A model generated the notes under the pieces. That model did no database searches. It had not been told where the DNA came from and was given only the letters and a program-made list of their open reading frames with translations. This document shows, in pieces, positions 31,016 to 41,102 of a DNA stretch of 64,000 nt. This stretch comes from a virus (Duplodnaviria; Caudoviricetes): IMG/VR virus record IMGVR_UViG_3300032030_002018; one strand, given 5' to 3'. The position numbers and the translations under genes are program-made. Within the stretch, counting starts at the first letter, position 1. Each line of letters opens with the position of its first letter.

Positions 31016-31250
31016 AAATCTTATTCTCAACTTTTCTGTTTAATATGATAAGTAATTTGGCGAAATCATTGCGTCTCTCATATGATTTAACCATATCCTT
31101 GTCCATATCGTTAAAATAAGGGTCGTTATGTGTAACAGCATATGTTGTCAATGTATTAGCGTAACCCTTGCAAATAATATCAACCTCATTCCTTAATAGA
31201 ATCAGTTCATCAAATGACAAACCATTTATTTTCTCAATATTTATCTTCAT
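30990..31250 (-). CDS. 86-aa hypothetical protein
   Basis: ATGA overlap with the upstream gene. Confidence 0.65.
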   Translation of the reverse strand: MKINIEKINGLSFDELILLRNEVDIICKGYANTLTTYAVTHNDPYFNDMDKDMVKSYERRNDFAKLLIILNRKVENKIYEDYIEDK

Positions 31251-31939
31251 TTTTTCACTTCGATTGGATAATATTCCTTATATTTTTCATTTATCAATTC
31301 CCTGTTTATATACCATCCCGGTTTTAATTCGCCAACAGACTTATGACACATTCTGATATTTGTTGTCACACCAATCTTTGTCTTGCCGTCAAGATAATTG
31401 TCAAGACAGAATGTGATGTCATAGAAATCAAATCCTTCTAAATCCGGATTAAAACCTTTTGTAATCCTGTCACGATGAACAGCCATAAAAACACCGTCAA
31501 TTACGCAAACCTCTTCAAGGTCTTTATTCAATAACGGGGAAAACGCTGTTAACCAACTCTTTCCGTTACTTCTGTGTAGAATCTGCCCGAATTTCTTGTC
31601 GTATCTCCACCAAGCGGCGTTCTCATCAAACTGAGCAGAACCTGCAACACCTATGATACCGTAATCCTTGTTATCGTTGAACAAACGTATGACTTCTTTT
31701 CCCCATCCGGGTTTAAGGAATTCAACATCATCGTGTATAAAAACAACAATTTTATCGTTAATTTTTCCTGGTTGCATAATGTCATCATATATCTTACTCA
31801 ATCCAACACCGTCTGGGTTTATAAGGTAGAAAAAATGACATTCACAACCGCAGGTTGTCTTAACGTGGTCTATGAAATCTTTGTTATCCTCACTGGTTAA
31901 ACGAGAACAAATAACAATAGCAATGCTTTTTTCTTTCAT
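31247..31939 (-). CDS. glycosyltransferase-like protein (GT-A, GT2-related)
   Basis: IAIVICS...GLSKIY...VVFIHDDVEF...GIIGVAG...VCVIDGVFMAV...GFDFYDITFCL...CHKSVG. Confidence 0.8.
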   Translation of the reverse strand: MKEKSIAIVICSRLTSEDNKDFIDHVKTTCGCECHFFYLINPDGVGLSKIYDDIMQPGKINDKIVVFIHDDVEFLKPGWGKEVIRLFNDNKDYGIIGVAGSAQFDENAAWWRYDKKFGQILHRSNGKSWLTAFSPLLNKDLEEVCVIDGVFMAVHRDRITKGFNPDLEGFDFYDITFCLDNYLDGKTKIGVTTNIRMCHKSVGELKPGWYINRELINEKYKEYYPIEVKK

Positions 31940-31997
31940 TTTTATTAAAAAATATCAAAAAAAAATAGTAAATAAATAGTTTATTTTAACAAAAAGA

Positions 31998-32006
31998 CAT
32001 ATTTAT
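31998..32006 (+). promoter_or_regulatory. putative late promoter CATATTTAT
   Basis: Same motif, here on the plus strand 21 nt before a plus-strand gene, which fixes its orientation. Confidence 0.6.
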
Positions 32007-32027
32007 TGTATAAACATTTGTTAAATT

Positions 32028-32690
32028 ATGAAAAAAAGAATTAGATTAACAGAGAGTGACCTGCACAGGATTGTAAATAGGTCAGTGAAAAGAGTACTAC
32101 GAGAGTCACAACTTCTTACAGAACTTGACCCGAGAACATATGCAAATTATGCAAGGGGTCGTGCGGCACAGGGCAATTATAAAAAGGCTGTAGAAGGGCA
32201 AGAGTATGCTGCTCAACAGTTTAACAATCAATATGGTTATGATAATCGAAACCTAAATGGATATGTTCAATCTGATAGCAATAACCCAAATGTCAAATAT
32301 ATGGGTTACGACACAGATTATTACCGTATGAGGAATGATAAGAAACCAGGTTATAGATTCAAATGGGATAGCCCTGATTATTATAAAAATCGTTATAATA
32401 ATAACGTATATGCTACTGAAAGATGGCAAAGTAAAAATTACCCAGGCAGAAATGATATGGACGACCAAGAAACATTCTCAACATATAATCCTGATACAGA
32501 TACAAGTAATTCCACAACATACGGTAGAATGAAATACCAAACGCAACCAAACAGACTTGTAGTATATGGTGATTATGACGGAAGACCAATTAGAAATCAA
32601 AATAACAATAGAAGTGGATTGTATGGTGATGAAGTTGCAAGACAAATGCAAACTGGTACTGGAATTTATAAAAATGGCAAATGGCAATAA
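32028..32690 (+). CDS. LTESDLHRIV-leader protein 1 (N/Y/D-rich cargo)
   Basis: Starts MKKRIRLTESDLHRIVNRSVKRVLRE; has its own promoter motif and terminator. Confidence 0.85.
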   Translation: MKKRIRLTESDLHRIVNRSVKRVLRESQLLTELDPRTYANYARGRAAQGNYKKAVEGQEYAAQQFNNQYGYDNRNLNGYVQSDSNNPNVKYMGYDTDYYRMRNDKKPGYRFKWDSPDYYKNRYNNNVYATERWQSKNYPGRNDMDDQETFSTYNPDTDTSNSTTYGRMKYQTQPNRLVVYGDYDGRPIRNQNNNRSGLYGDEVARQMQTGTGIYKNGKWQ

Positions 32691-32691
32691 C

Positions 32692-32725
32692 AAATAACCC
32701 AGACTAATTAAAGTCTGGGTTATTT
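32692..32725. terminator. bidirectional terminator
   Basis: AAATAACCCAGACT...AGTCTGGGTTATTT inverted repeat between convergent genes. Confidence 0.85.
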
Positions 32726-32745
32726 ATTTGTAAATTAAGCAAATA

Positions 32746-33201
32746 TTAACGAAACATTTTATCTGTTATATCAATCATTTGTCCGTCTTTAATCTCGTAT
32801 AACCTTTGGTTTGTTGTTTCTTTATTTATTGGTCCTCGTTCTTCAATATATCTCCCAAGTTTTATATAGTCAAAATTACTCTTTTCAACCTCACTTGCAA
32901 GATATTCTCTTCCTGAATACCATCCAACCTTTATTCTGCTGTATTTTTCCTTGATGTATTTAGCAAGAATATTTATTTCTTCAGGATTTCTGTCTCCACC
33001 CATAAAGCAAAAACAGGTAATCCCATTGTTACTTTTTATTAATGTATCAATTGATTCTTCATTTAGTTCCTCCCCAATATCATCCCATAAATGCTTTGAG
33101 TGGCATCCTTTACATCTAATAGGGCAGTTGCTGATATTGACAGCAAGAGTGATTTCATTTGGTATTTCAGAGAAAACCACCTCATTTTCAACAAATTTCA
33201 T
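32746..33201 (-). CDS. nrdG: anaerobic ribonucleotide reductase activating protein (radical SAM)
   Basis: CPIRCKGCHS (CxxxCxxC); adjacent to nrdD; YIKLGRY...TTNQRLY. Confidence 0.93.
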   Translation of the reverse strand: MKFVENEVVFSEIPNEITLAVNISNCPIRCKGCHSKHLWDDIGEELNEESIDTLIKSNNGITCFCFMGGDRNPEEINILAKYIKEKYSRIKVGWYSGREYLASEVEKSNFDYIKLGRYIEERGPINKETTNQRLYEIKDGQMIDITDKMFR

Positions 33202-33203
33202 AA

Positions 33204-35378
33204 TTAAGCAAAATATCTCATTTTTTCCTCTATCTGTCGAGGTTCACTAAAAGATGATACCCTTTTCAGATATCCTATAATTCTTGTTATAGCATCAACC
33301 TTATCGCTTCCACATTTAGGACATTTGTCAAGTTTTGTCTTCATAATATATCCACAATCATCACACACTCCACCTTCAATATTATAAGTGAAATAATTCG
33401 TACCATTCTTTGCTGCGAAATTCAATAGTTCACGATATTGTTCCTTTGATAAATGTTCTTTAAGATTTGCGTGATATGCACTTCCGCCATCAAGATATTT
33501 AACATAGTCACCGCCGTGCATAACAAACTTATCGAGTATACTAAGGCTTTCGTCTTCTGGGTTATAAAAATAAGAACTATACATAATATGTTTTGGACTC
33601 ACATAATAACCATCTTTTTTATCCCAATTATAATTCTTTACTGACAAATTCTCGCCTGGTACAAATTCTGTATTATACATACACTCCCTAGTTTTATCCT
33701 TTGCATTACACTTGTTTATAGTTTCAAGTATAAGGTTTACAAATTCTTTATATTCGTCATTTGGTGTTATTTGCAATCCCATAAATTCTGCCGCGTCAGT
33801 GAGTCCATTAACCCCTATTGTCAAATATTGCTTTTTCATATCAATAAATCCAGCGCTATATACAGGCAGCATATTAGCCTTGTAAAAATCCTTGATTATC
33901 TCGTTAAAAGCTTTCTGATATTTATGTACGTTAGATGTCATACCATCGACATATGAAGCAATATGGTTGTATAAGGAATCTTTATCCACAGACGACATAT
34001 CAAATCTTCCATCATCAAAATACTTACCGCCAAATTGATAAACATAATTTCTAACAGCGTTCTGTATTAAACGATTGAGATTAATTGTCATTACAGATTT
34101 TGAACCTGTCGCAACAGATGCAGTACCCATAGAGAATTGATGTGTTGTATAATTATGGTTTTCATCTGCCTGATTATTTTTTAACGAGTTTCTTAACCGG
34201 CAACACGATGATAACGAGTCTGGACTATCGCTTATGTAACAGAAGAATGAATGTCCTTCAGACCACATTTCTGATGTGAAATCTGCGTATTCCTTATCAA
34301 TGAAATCACCGTTCCCATCAGATAATAACGCCATAGTCTCAACTGGGAAAGTAAGGATATATTTTTCTCTCTCCTTATTGAACCATTTCATAAATTTCTT
34401 TTGAAGCCAAGATAATGTCTCCCATTTGGGTGAAGTTCCATCAGGAAACTTAAATTCGCCGAAAACACCTTCATAATAAGGCTTATCAAAGTAACCAACG
34501 TTCCAAAAGACCGTTTGGTATCCTCTGTTCCCAGCAGGCATATTCATACTATGCACTACCTGTTGGAAACAATTTTCAATAACCTGTTCAAGTGTTCTCT
34601 GTTTCCTGTTGTTTTCTACAACTTCATCTAACCTTGTTAAATAATCATCACCGTAATCTTTTCTTATGAAGTAATCTAAATATAATAAAAATTCAGGGGA
34701 AGCAACAGCGCCAGCGAACTGTGAAGAAACTGAATATATTAGATTTATAAATTCTCCACAGAAACTTTTTAAATCTGTGGGCGCAACAGATACCCCACCC
34801 AACTTCGTTAATCCATCAATCAAAAATGGATACATTGTAATACTGACACAATATGGAACACCAGGAATTGCAGTTTCGTCGTGCTTATATAATACGTGGC
34901 TCTCAAGGTCTGTTATGTATTGGTCTGCCAATTTCTTATTATACAAAGACTTTATTTTGTCACGCATTATGTATCTATTCTGCTTTATATTATTAACCTT
35001 ATAAAGTTCTTGACCCATCGTAACAACATTCTTATTACTTACATTCGCATTTGCGTCATATTTTGAGCCAGTTGAAGCATTTGAAGCTTTTATGTAATCA
35101 GAAATAAAGTTACTCTTCTTATTAAGTTCACTTTCGTTGTCAAATTTCTCTATGTATTTCCTTGCAACCTTTTTATTAATAGACATCAAACTATCCTCTA
35201 CTTGTCTTCTTATTTCAGAACTTGATATCTTTTCATAAACATAGATACTTGACACTATCGCCTTTATCACTTCTTCTTGACAACCTTCTCCTGCTGATTT
35301 GTAAGCCTCACAAATGCCATTTGCGACCTTTTCAGGGTTGTATTCCTCATAAGAACCGTTGCTTTTATATACGTTCAT
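33204..35378 (-). CDS. nrdD: class III anaerobic ribonucleoside-triphosphate reductase with N-terminal ATP cone
   Basis: YKHD, PYCVSI, SSCCRL, CDDCG...CPKCGS and the glycyl-radical motif TRIIGYL. Confidence 0.96.
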   Translation of the reverse strand: MNVYKSNGSYEEYNPEKVANGICEAYKSAGEGCQEEVIKAIVSSIYVYEKISSSEIRRQVEDSLMSINKKVARKYIEKFDNESELNKKSNFISDYIKASNASTGSKYDANANVSNKNVVTMGQELYKVNNIKQNRYIMRDKIKSLYNKKLADQYITDLESHVLYKHDETAIPGVPYCVSITMYPFLIDGLTKLGGVSVAPTDLKSFCGEFINLIYSVSSQFAGAVASPEFLLYLDYFIRKDYGDDYLTRLDEVVENNRKQRTLEQVIENCFQQVVHSMNMPAGNRGYQTVFWNVGYFDKPYYEGVFGEFKFPDGTSPKWETLSWLQKKFMKWFNKEREKYILTFPVETMALLSDGNGDFIDKEYADFTSEMWSEGHSFFCYISDSPDSLSSCCRLRNSLKNNQADENHNYTTHQFSMGTASVATGSKSVMTINLNRLIQNAVRNYVYQFGGKYFDDGRFDMSSVDKDSLYNHIASYVDGMTSNVHKYQKAFNEIIKDFYKANMLPVYSAGFIDMKKQYLTIGVNGLTDAAEFMGLQITPNDEYKEFVNLILETINKCNAKDKTRECMYNTEFVPGENLSVKNYNWDKKDGYYVSPKHIMYSSYFYNPEDESLSILDKFVMHGGDYVKYLDGGSAYHANLKEHLSKEQYRELLNFAAKNGTNYFTYNIEGGVCDDCGYIMKTKLDKCPKCGSDKVDAITRIIGYLKRVSSFSEPRQIEEKMRYFA

Positions 35379-35531
35379 AATTAACTATTTTTCTTTTTTT
35401 ATCTATTAGGTCAACCAAAAATTTTAAATACGCGCACTCATAAATATGCAATTTTTCATTAAAATTTTCCTGAAATTAACAAAAAAATCATATAATTCAC
35501 GCAACTCAATGAGTGTCAGCGAGAAAAAAAT

Positions 35532-36965
35532 TTAACTTTTTTTATCTCTTACCATTTTGAAAATTGACTGTTGTAATTTGACCTCATCTGTCTCTTTTTT
35601 CTTATCATAATCAAACATACTGTCAATCTCATCAACATTGTCTGTGCTTATTCTACAAGTACCATTGTTGAATTCAACGTTGTTGAAAACCTTACCAGCT
35701 TTACCAGCTCTGTTCTTCAAAATGGCTATTGTTGCCTTGTTATCCTGTATATCCTCATTGGTTCTCGCTATTGACATAACAATATGGGCAATCTGTATCT
35801 TCTTAAATGAACCACCTGCCTTATCCATTGTCACTAACTCTGCATTCACAGAATCTCTTGTACCCTGAACAGGCACCCATAGTGCAAAATCCATCTCACC
35901 AGCCATTGATTCAAGTTTTCTCATTGTCTTACCCTCTTTCTCCCATTCATTGTTAGTTGAAGAGTCTCCAACAATCCTCAATGTCTCAAAATAGTCTATT
36001 ATGACCATATCAGGCTTAAAACCGTGATTTATAAGTTTCTTTATGAACCTTTTTATGTCGTCAGCAGTCTTCTCACCAGATGGAAACCTCACAATTTTAA
36101 GATTGGCTTTCAGAGTATCCCTCTCTCCAAATCTTTCAAGTTGTTCCCTGACAATTTCAATATATTCAGGTTTTGAAAGGTCTTTAGCCTCAACCCCAGT
36201 AATTCTTCCTATATGTTTCCTCTGAATCTGCTTAATTCTGTCCTCAAATACAATTTGAAGCACTTTATATCCCCTGTTATTATTGTTGTCACATCTATAT
36301 GTAGCGGCATAAGAAGCCATTGCCGTTGACAATGACGACTTTCCAAATGAACTCGGACCTACTATTACACCCAATTCACCCTTTCCAAGTCCTCCTTCAA
36401 GGGTTTCGTCGATTTTGCCTATTCCTGTTGGTATTGTTATTCTGTAATCGTCAGAAAGCGTTTCTTCTATGTTGTCAAACACGGTCACGCCAAGGTCTTC
36501 GTGGACACCAGTTGCCATCGCATTGTTAAGTAGGTCAACGCAATCCTGATATTTTGTTATATCGCCATCACCTGCTATTTTAAGTATCTCATTAGCCGTT
36601 TTGATTATGTTCTGCTGCCTGAAAAACTTGATAGCCATTTCCTTTATATAGTCAGCACCGTCGGAAGGTGTGTCTATAATCTTGTCTGTCAACGCTATAT
36701 AAGTCTCTCTTTCAATCTCGTTATGAGAGCGGTCCGACAGGAGAATCTTCATTATATCATAACTTGGAACGACGTCGTGTTTCTCGTAATAGTCCTTCAT
36801 CGAGCCAACAAACACCCTTAATCCGGGGTTTGTGAACATATTCTGATTTAATATGGATGACAAGTCCATAAACAGTTCCTTGTCATCCATAAATTCGTGA
36901 ATAAGCTTGAATTGGAACTCCTCGCCCAAATATCCCAAGTTATTTCTATTCGTCTTATATACCAT
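35532..36965 (-). CDS. replicative DNA helicase (DnaB/gp41-like)
   Basis: IPTGIGKIDETLEGGLGKGELGVIVGPSSFGKS (Walker A), IIDY, LKNRAG; TAATG coupling with the upstream gene supports a start at 36965. Confidence 0.9.
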   Translation of the reverse strand: MVYKTNRNNLGYLGEEFQFKLIHEFMDDKELFMDLSSILNQNMFTNPGLRVFVGSMKDYYEKHDVVPSYDIMKILLSDRSHNEIERETYIALTDKIIDTPSDGADYIKEMAIKFFRQQNIIKTANEILKIAGDGDITKYQDCVDLLNNAMATGVHEDLGVTVFDNIEETLSDDYRITIPTGIGKIDETLEGGLGKGELGVIVGPSSFGKSSLSTAMASYAATYRCDNNNNRGYKVLQIVFEDRIKQIQRKHIGRITGVEAKDLSKPEYIEIVREQLERFGERDTLKANLKIVRFPSGEKTADDIKRFIKKLINHGFKPDMVIIDYFETLRIVGDSSTNNEWEKEGKTMRKLESMAGEMDFALWVPVQGTRDSVNAELVTMDKAGGSFKKIQIAHIVMSIARTNEDIQDNKATIAILKNRAGKAGKVFNNVEFNNGTCRISTDNVDEIDSMFDYDKKKETDEVKLQQSIFKMVRDKKS

Positions 36966-37699
36966 TATTTGTTTTTGTTTTTCTGTTTTGTCCAAGACCT
37001 AAACATCCTTGTATTCTGGTCTTCAATATTGAAGTTGTATTCTTTCTTACCCTTTGACTTGTCATCATTTCCGTATGTGACAATTGTGTTTGCTGAAAGC
37101 CTTCTGACTGAGTTGTCTCTTGATGAACAGGTTTCACATATCTTCTTTGTTATTGCGAAAAGAACATCAGGTCTGTCCATAATCATACCTCTCAGTACTA
37201 AAAGGTCTCCAAACAGCGTGTCCTTGTTCTTCTCAAAGAAGAATTCCTTGTCGTATACAACCGGTGTTCCATTTGTCATTATCTTCACAGACTTGTTCGC
37301 AAGGTCAACGTTGTCACGCACCACTCTTGGATAACAATATCCATCCCATATCTTTGACATAACAAGTTTGCCATTGTCTGTAATCTCAAATTTGAAGGTG
37401 CATTCCCAAGGTTCTATCAATGGTGACGTCAATTCCTCTGTTGCCTGAGGATTAGCATCAGGATTCTCAGGATTGAAATTATACCACGTCCAAACTCTAC
37501 TTTTTGAATTCAGGTCATTCTTAATCATCTCAACAATCTCATCAACACAATACTTGAAATCAAGCGTTTCCATACTATGCTCTATGAAATTGTAAATTCG
37601 TACAAAACGCTTGCATATTATGAAATTGTTGACATAAATAGCAAATTCAAACCTCTCATCTGGATAAACTTTTTCCTCATTAATCTTTTTTTCTTCCAT
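36965..37699 (-). CDS. hypothetical protein coupled to the helicase gene
   Basis: 244-aa ORF; stop overlaps the helicase start. Confidence 0.7.
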   Translation of the reverse strand: MEEKKINEEKVYPDERFEFAIYVNNFIICKRFVRIYNFIEHSMETLDFKYCVDEIVEMIKNDLNSKSRVWTWYNFNPENPDANPQATEELTSPLIEPWECTFKFEITDNGKLVMSKIWDGYCYPRVVRDNVDLANKSVKIMTNGTPVVYDKEFFFEKNKDTLFGDLLVLRGMIMDRPDVLFAITKKICETCSSRDNSVRRLSANTIVTYGNDDKSKGKKEYNFNIEDQNTRMFRSWTKQKNKNK

Positions 37700-37752
37700 T
37701 TTCAATAAAAAAATTAAAATTAAACAATACTTTTTTTCTCAATATTTTTTTG

Positions 37753-37783
37753 TAAATATACGTTAAAAAATGTTAAAAACAAA
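37753..37783 (-). promoter_or_regulatory. variant host-type promoter TTTG-N19-TATATTTA
   Basis: Spacing as in Bacteroidota promoters; TTAACA in the spacer. Confidence 0.5.
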
Positions 37784-37791
37784 ACAAATAA

Positions 37792-38949
37792 TTAACTATT
37801 TTTGTAAAAAAAATCTTTTTCCCTCTTAATCAACCCCTCAAATATCCCAAATAAATTCCCAAATGAATTCTCAGCAAGCAAATCATTCATTCCAAGTTTT
37901 GTGATTATATCATAAACATTCTTCATATCCCTTCCTTCAGGGTCAATTGGAACATACATAAGAGATTTCATAGCATCAACAGCCTCCTCAGTCATCATTG
38001 GCTCTGATAGGTCTATAATCCTCTTGTTTATATCATATATATCACTTCCTTGACAACCTTCTGTTACTTTGTTTACAATGTTTTCAAGTACCTTTAGTGG
38101 CTTTTTCTTATTCCTGACCCTTTCCTCATTGATTCTTGAAGCCTCATTCACTATATCGTCAACACTTCTCTCATTTTTAATTACATCAGGGAATGTCTTG
38201 ATAAACGTAGTCTTTCCAACACCTTTGATACCCTTGATATTATCAGAATTGTCTCCACATATTATTTTCTCCAATACGATATTCTTATGTGTTATTCCAA
38301 GCACATCTATTGAGTTTTCGGGTGTGACATATTTCTTTATTGAAGGTATATATAATGTAACCGTATCAGATATAAGTTGAGATAAATCCCTGTCTTCAGA
38401 CACTATGACAACCTTATCATCATCATTCTTGTTGTTTACATAATACGCTATAAGGTCATCTCCTTCAATGTCGTCACACATCAACTGTCTTACAAACAAC
38501 TCCTCCAATATGTTCATCAATACACCTCTCTGTCTTTGAAACACCTCATCATCAGTTTCAATACGTTTCACCTCACCTCGCTTGCTTGCATAATACTTAT
38601 CAGCCCTCTTACAGAAATCCATTATAGCCTTATCATACTCACTCTGACATTCACCATAATGCTTATCCCTGTTAGCCTTATAATCCTTGTATATATTATA
38701 CCTTAAACTTCCACTATAATCACCGTCCCAAAAAGTGTAAACATAATTAAAGTCCTTGACTTTTAGGAATCTGTTTATTTGGTAAAGGAACTGGTATATA
38801 CCACCATATTCCTTCCCTTCAGAATTCTCCCTTCTGTCAACAAGTGATTTCTTCAACAAGTTATTCCCATCTATCAATAATGTATATGTGACATTTGATT
38901 CAATTATGTTATTAGCATCACGTATGCTTTTTCTTATAACCTGTTTCAT
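37792..38949 (-). CDS. 5'-3' exonuclease / flap endonuclease (PolA N-terminal, T4 RNase H-like)
   Basis: LLIDGNNL, YKDYKANR, IEGDDLIAYY, SEDRDLSQL, GDNSDNIKGIKGVGKTT. Confidence 0.93.
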   Translation of the reverse strand: MKQVIRKSIRDANNIIESNVTYTLLIDGNNLLKKSLVDRRENSEGKEYGGIYQFLYQINRFLKVKDFNYVYTFWDGDYSGSLRYNIYKDYKANRDKHYGECQSEYDKAIMDFCKRADKYYASKRGEVKRIETDDEVFQRQRGVLMNILEELFVRQLMCDDIEGDDLIAYYVNNKNDDDKVVIVSEDRDLSQLISDTVTLYIPSIKKYVTPENSIDVLGITHKNIVLEKIICGDNSDNIKGIKGVGKTTFIKTFPDVIKNERSVDDIVNEASRINEERVRNKKKPLKVLENIVNKVTEGCQGSDIYDINKRIIDLSEPMMTEEAVDAMKSLMYVPIDPEGRDMKNVYDIITKLGMNDLLAENSFGNLFGIFEGLIKREKDFFYKNS

Positions 38950-38951
38950 CT

Positions 38952-40106
38952 CTATTCTGCATTAGCATAATTGAACAAATCATTGGCAAAATCAATAACC
39001 TCCCAGGGATAGTGGAAGGAATCATAACTTGCGTCACCAAAATGACCGTATTTTGCAAGATACTGATTTCTTGGTACTTCAGCTTTAAATCTTTTCATTA
39101 TACCACTTGGAGTACAGTCTATATTGTTGTCTATGTATTCAATAATACGTTTGGCAAGATGCTGATTCTCATCCATTTCAATATTAATTGATGATGGCTT
39201 TGCAATTCCAATCATATATGACAATTCAACCTTTGCAGTATTGCACAAGCCACTTGCAACTATATTCTTTGCTATATATCTTGCCATATAAGACGCTGAA
39301 CGGTCAACTTTTGTCATATCCTTACCTGAAAAAGCACCACCACCAACGCTACAATAACCACCATATTGGTCAACGACAATCTTCCTACCAGTAACACCAC
39401 AATCTGATATCGGACCGCCAATATTCCAAGTTCCACAAGGATTCACCGTTATCTCGGTATTGTCATTCCTTATCTTGTCTATAATTTGCTTCTCAAACCC
39501 AACCTCGTTATCAACTATACACCTTACAATAAATGTCCTTAATAAATCAATATCACATTGATGCATAGCTGAAACCAATATTGACACTATTTTTGATATT
39601 CCACAATCATACTCCACAATTACTTGTGTCTTCACATCAGGACCGATTGTATTACCCATTTTACCAGCCACAAATTGACATAGTTTCTTTGCTACAAAAT
39701 ATCCAAGCGGTAAATATGATTGAGTTTCATTGGAGGCGTAACCAACAACAAAACCCTGGTCACCTGCGCCAATCTCACCGTCTTCCTTGTCAACGCCTGA
39801 GTGTATTTCTGTTGATTGTTTTCCTATCAGATTGATAATCTTGATGTTATCAGGATTTAAATGATGTGATTCGGGGAATTTAATTTCACTGAATACTTTT
39901 CTTACAACATAATTGTAATCAACATACGCGTTAGAGTTTATTTCACCACCCAACACAACAACATTATCCTTCACCATTGTTTCGATGCCAGCTCTTACAT
40001 TAGTATCAGCTGAAAGATAAGCATCAAGAATGGCATCACTGATTTGGTCTGCGATTTTGTCAGGATGACCCCAACTTACATATTCACTAACAATAGTTTT
40101 TTTCAT
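38952..40106 (-). CDS. metK: S-adenosylmethionine synthetase
   Basis: SEYVSWGHPDKIADQISDAILD, GAGDQG, GVTGRKIVVDQYGG, GGGAFSGKD..KVDRS, YGHFG all intact. Confidence 0.96.
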   Translation of the reverse strand: MKKTIVSEYVSWGHPDKIADQISDAILDAYLSADTNVRAGIETMVKDNVVVLGGEINSNAYVDYNYVVRKVFSEIKFPESHHLNPDNIKIINLIGKQSTEIHSGVDKEDGEIGAGDQGFVVGYASNETQSYLPLGYFVAKKLCQFVAGKMGNTIGPDVKTQVIVEYDCGISKIVSILVSAMHQCDIDLLRTFIVRCIVDNEVGFEKQIIDKIRNDNTEITVNPCGTWNIGGPISDCGVTGRKIVVDQYGGYCSVGGGAFSGKDMTKVDRSASYMARYIAKNIVASGLCNTAKVELSYMIGIAKPSSINIEMDENQHLAKRIIEYIDNNIDCTPSGIMKRFKAEVPRNQYLAKYGHFGDASYDSFHYPWEVIDFANDLFNYANAE

Positions 40107-40157
40107 TTTTTTACTAAAATTAAAGGTTTAACATCTATTTTTTAACTAAAATTTTGT

Positions 40158-40189
40158 TAAATATACCCACTTTTTTCGAAAAAAACAAA
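40158..40189 (-). promoter_or_regulatory. variant host-type promoter for metK (TTTG-N20-TATATTTA)
   Basis: 20-nt spacer; the duplicate copy at 40941-40972 has the canonical TATATTTG. Confidence 0.55.
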
Positions 40190-40219
40190 AAAATATTAAT
40201 AAAAGTTAACAATAAGCAT

Positions 40220-40248
40220 AAAAAAAAGCGTCCAAATCGGAACGCTTT
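40220..40248 (-). terminator. intrinsic terminator (cassette copy 1)
   Basis: Minus strand AAAGCGTTCC-gattt-GGACGCTTTTTTT. Confidence 0.75.
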
Positions 40249-40324
40249 GAGGATATATTCAATAAGTCTATTGGACTGATTGTTACTGGGGTGGATTAAG
40301 TGCGCACAAGGTGGGTTGAACTCA

Positions 40325-40828
40325 TCACCATCCAATTCTAATATGACTATCGGCTTGTTTAAACCTATTTATTAATTCATTGTATTGAGATGGAAATAAT
40401 GCTTGAAATTTTTCTAATGATAGTTCCCTTTCATCATATTCTTTGTTGAATTCTCCTTCTATTTCATACCATCTTATAAAACCGCCATTTTTAAAGTCTG
40501 AATATTCACGCAAAGAAACCAAATAAATATAAACATCGTTGTTACCATCCACGCTTACATTATAAACCTGATACATTTTATTACCAAACGGAACTATTAT
40601 ACAATGTGTGCTATATTTGGGTATTTTTCCATTAGCCTCATCGTTATTCAGTATATCTTTAACAAATGGATAATGACGTTCTAAATCTCTTAAATCTGGA
40701 GAATTGTGTAAAACTTGAATTATTATATTTTTTCCGTAAGCATCACTGTTTTCTTTCAAAATTCTTTTCACTGACCTGTTCACAATTCTGTGAAGGTCTG
40801 ATTCTGTTAGTCTAATTCTCCTTTTCAT
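40325..40828 (-). CDS. LTESDLHRIV-leader protein 2
   Basis: MKRRIRLTESDLHRIVNRSVKRILKE plus unrelated globular-looking cargo; late motif at 40861-40869. Confidence 0.85.
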   Translation of the reverse strand: MKRRIRLTESDLHRIVNRSVKRILKENSDAYGKNIIIQVLHNSPDLRDLERHYPFVKDILNNDEANGKIPKYSTHCIIVPFGNKMYQVYNVSVDGNNDVYIYLVSLREYSDFKNGGFIRWYEIEGEFNKEYDERELSLEKFQALFPSQYNELINRFKQADSHIRIGW

Positions 40829-41002
40829 ATTATTTCTATTATATTATCTTATTTTTCCTTATAAATATCACGATATTTTTGTTTTGTCATATTTTTTACT
40901 AAAATTAAAGGTTTAACATCTATTTTAACATTTTTTTAAGCAAATATACATACATTTTAACTAAAAAACAAAGAAATCTTAATAAAAGTTAACAATAAGC
41001 AT

Positions 41003-41029
41003 AAAAAAAGCGTCCCAAAAGGAACGCTT
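41003..41029 (-). terminator. intrinsic terminator (cassette copy 2)
   Basis: Minus strand AAGCGTTCC-tttt-GGGACGCTTTTTTT. Confidence 0.75.
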
Positions 41030-41102
41030 CATTGATATGTTTTGGTAAGTACAGTTGTATCATCAATAGATACACTAATATCAAAGTTGTATTGATGTAT
41101 GG

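Noticed and set aside
40135-40335. 66-aa minus-strand ORF between cassette and metK
   Set aside because: Runs through a terminator and promoter; unlikely to be coding
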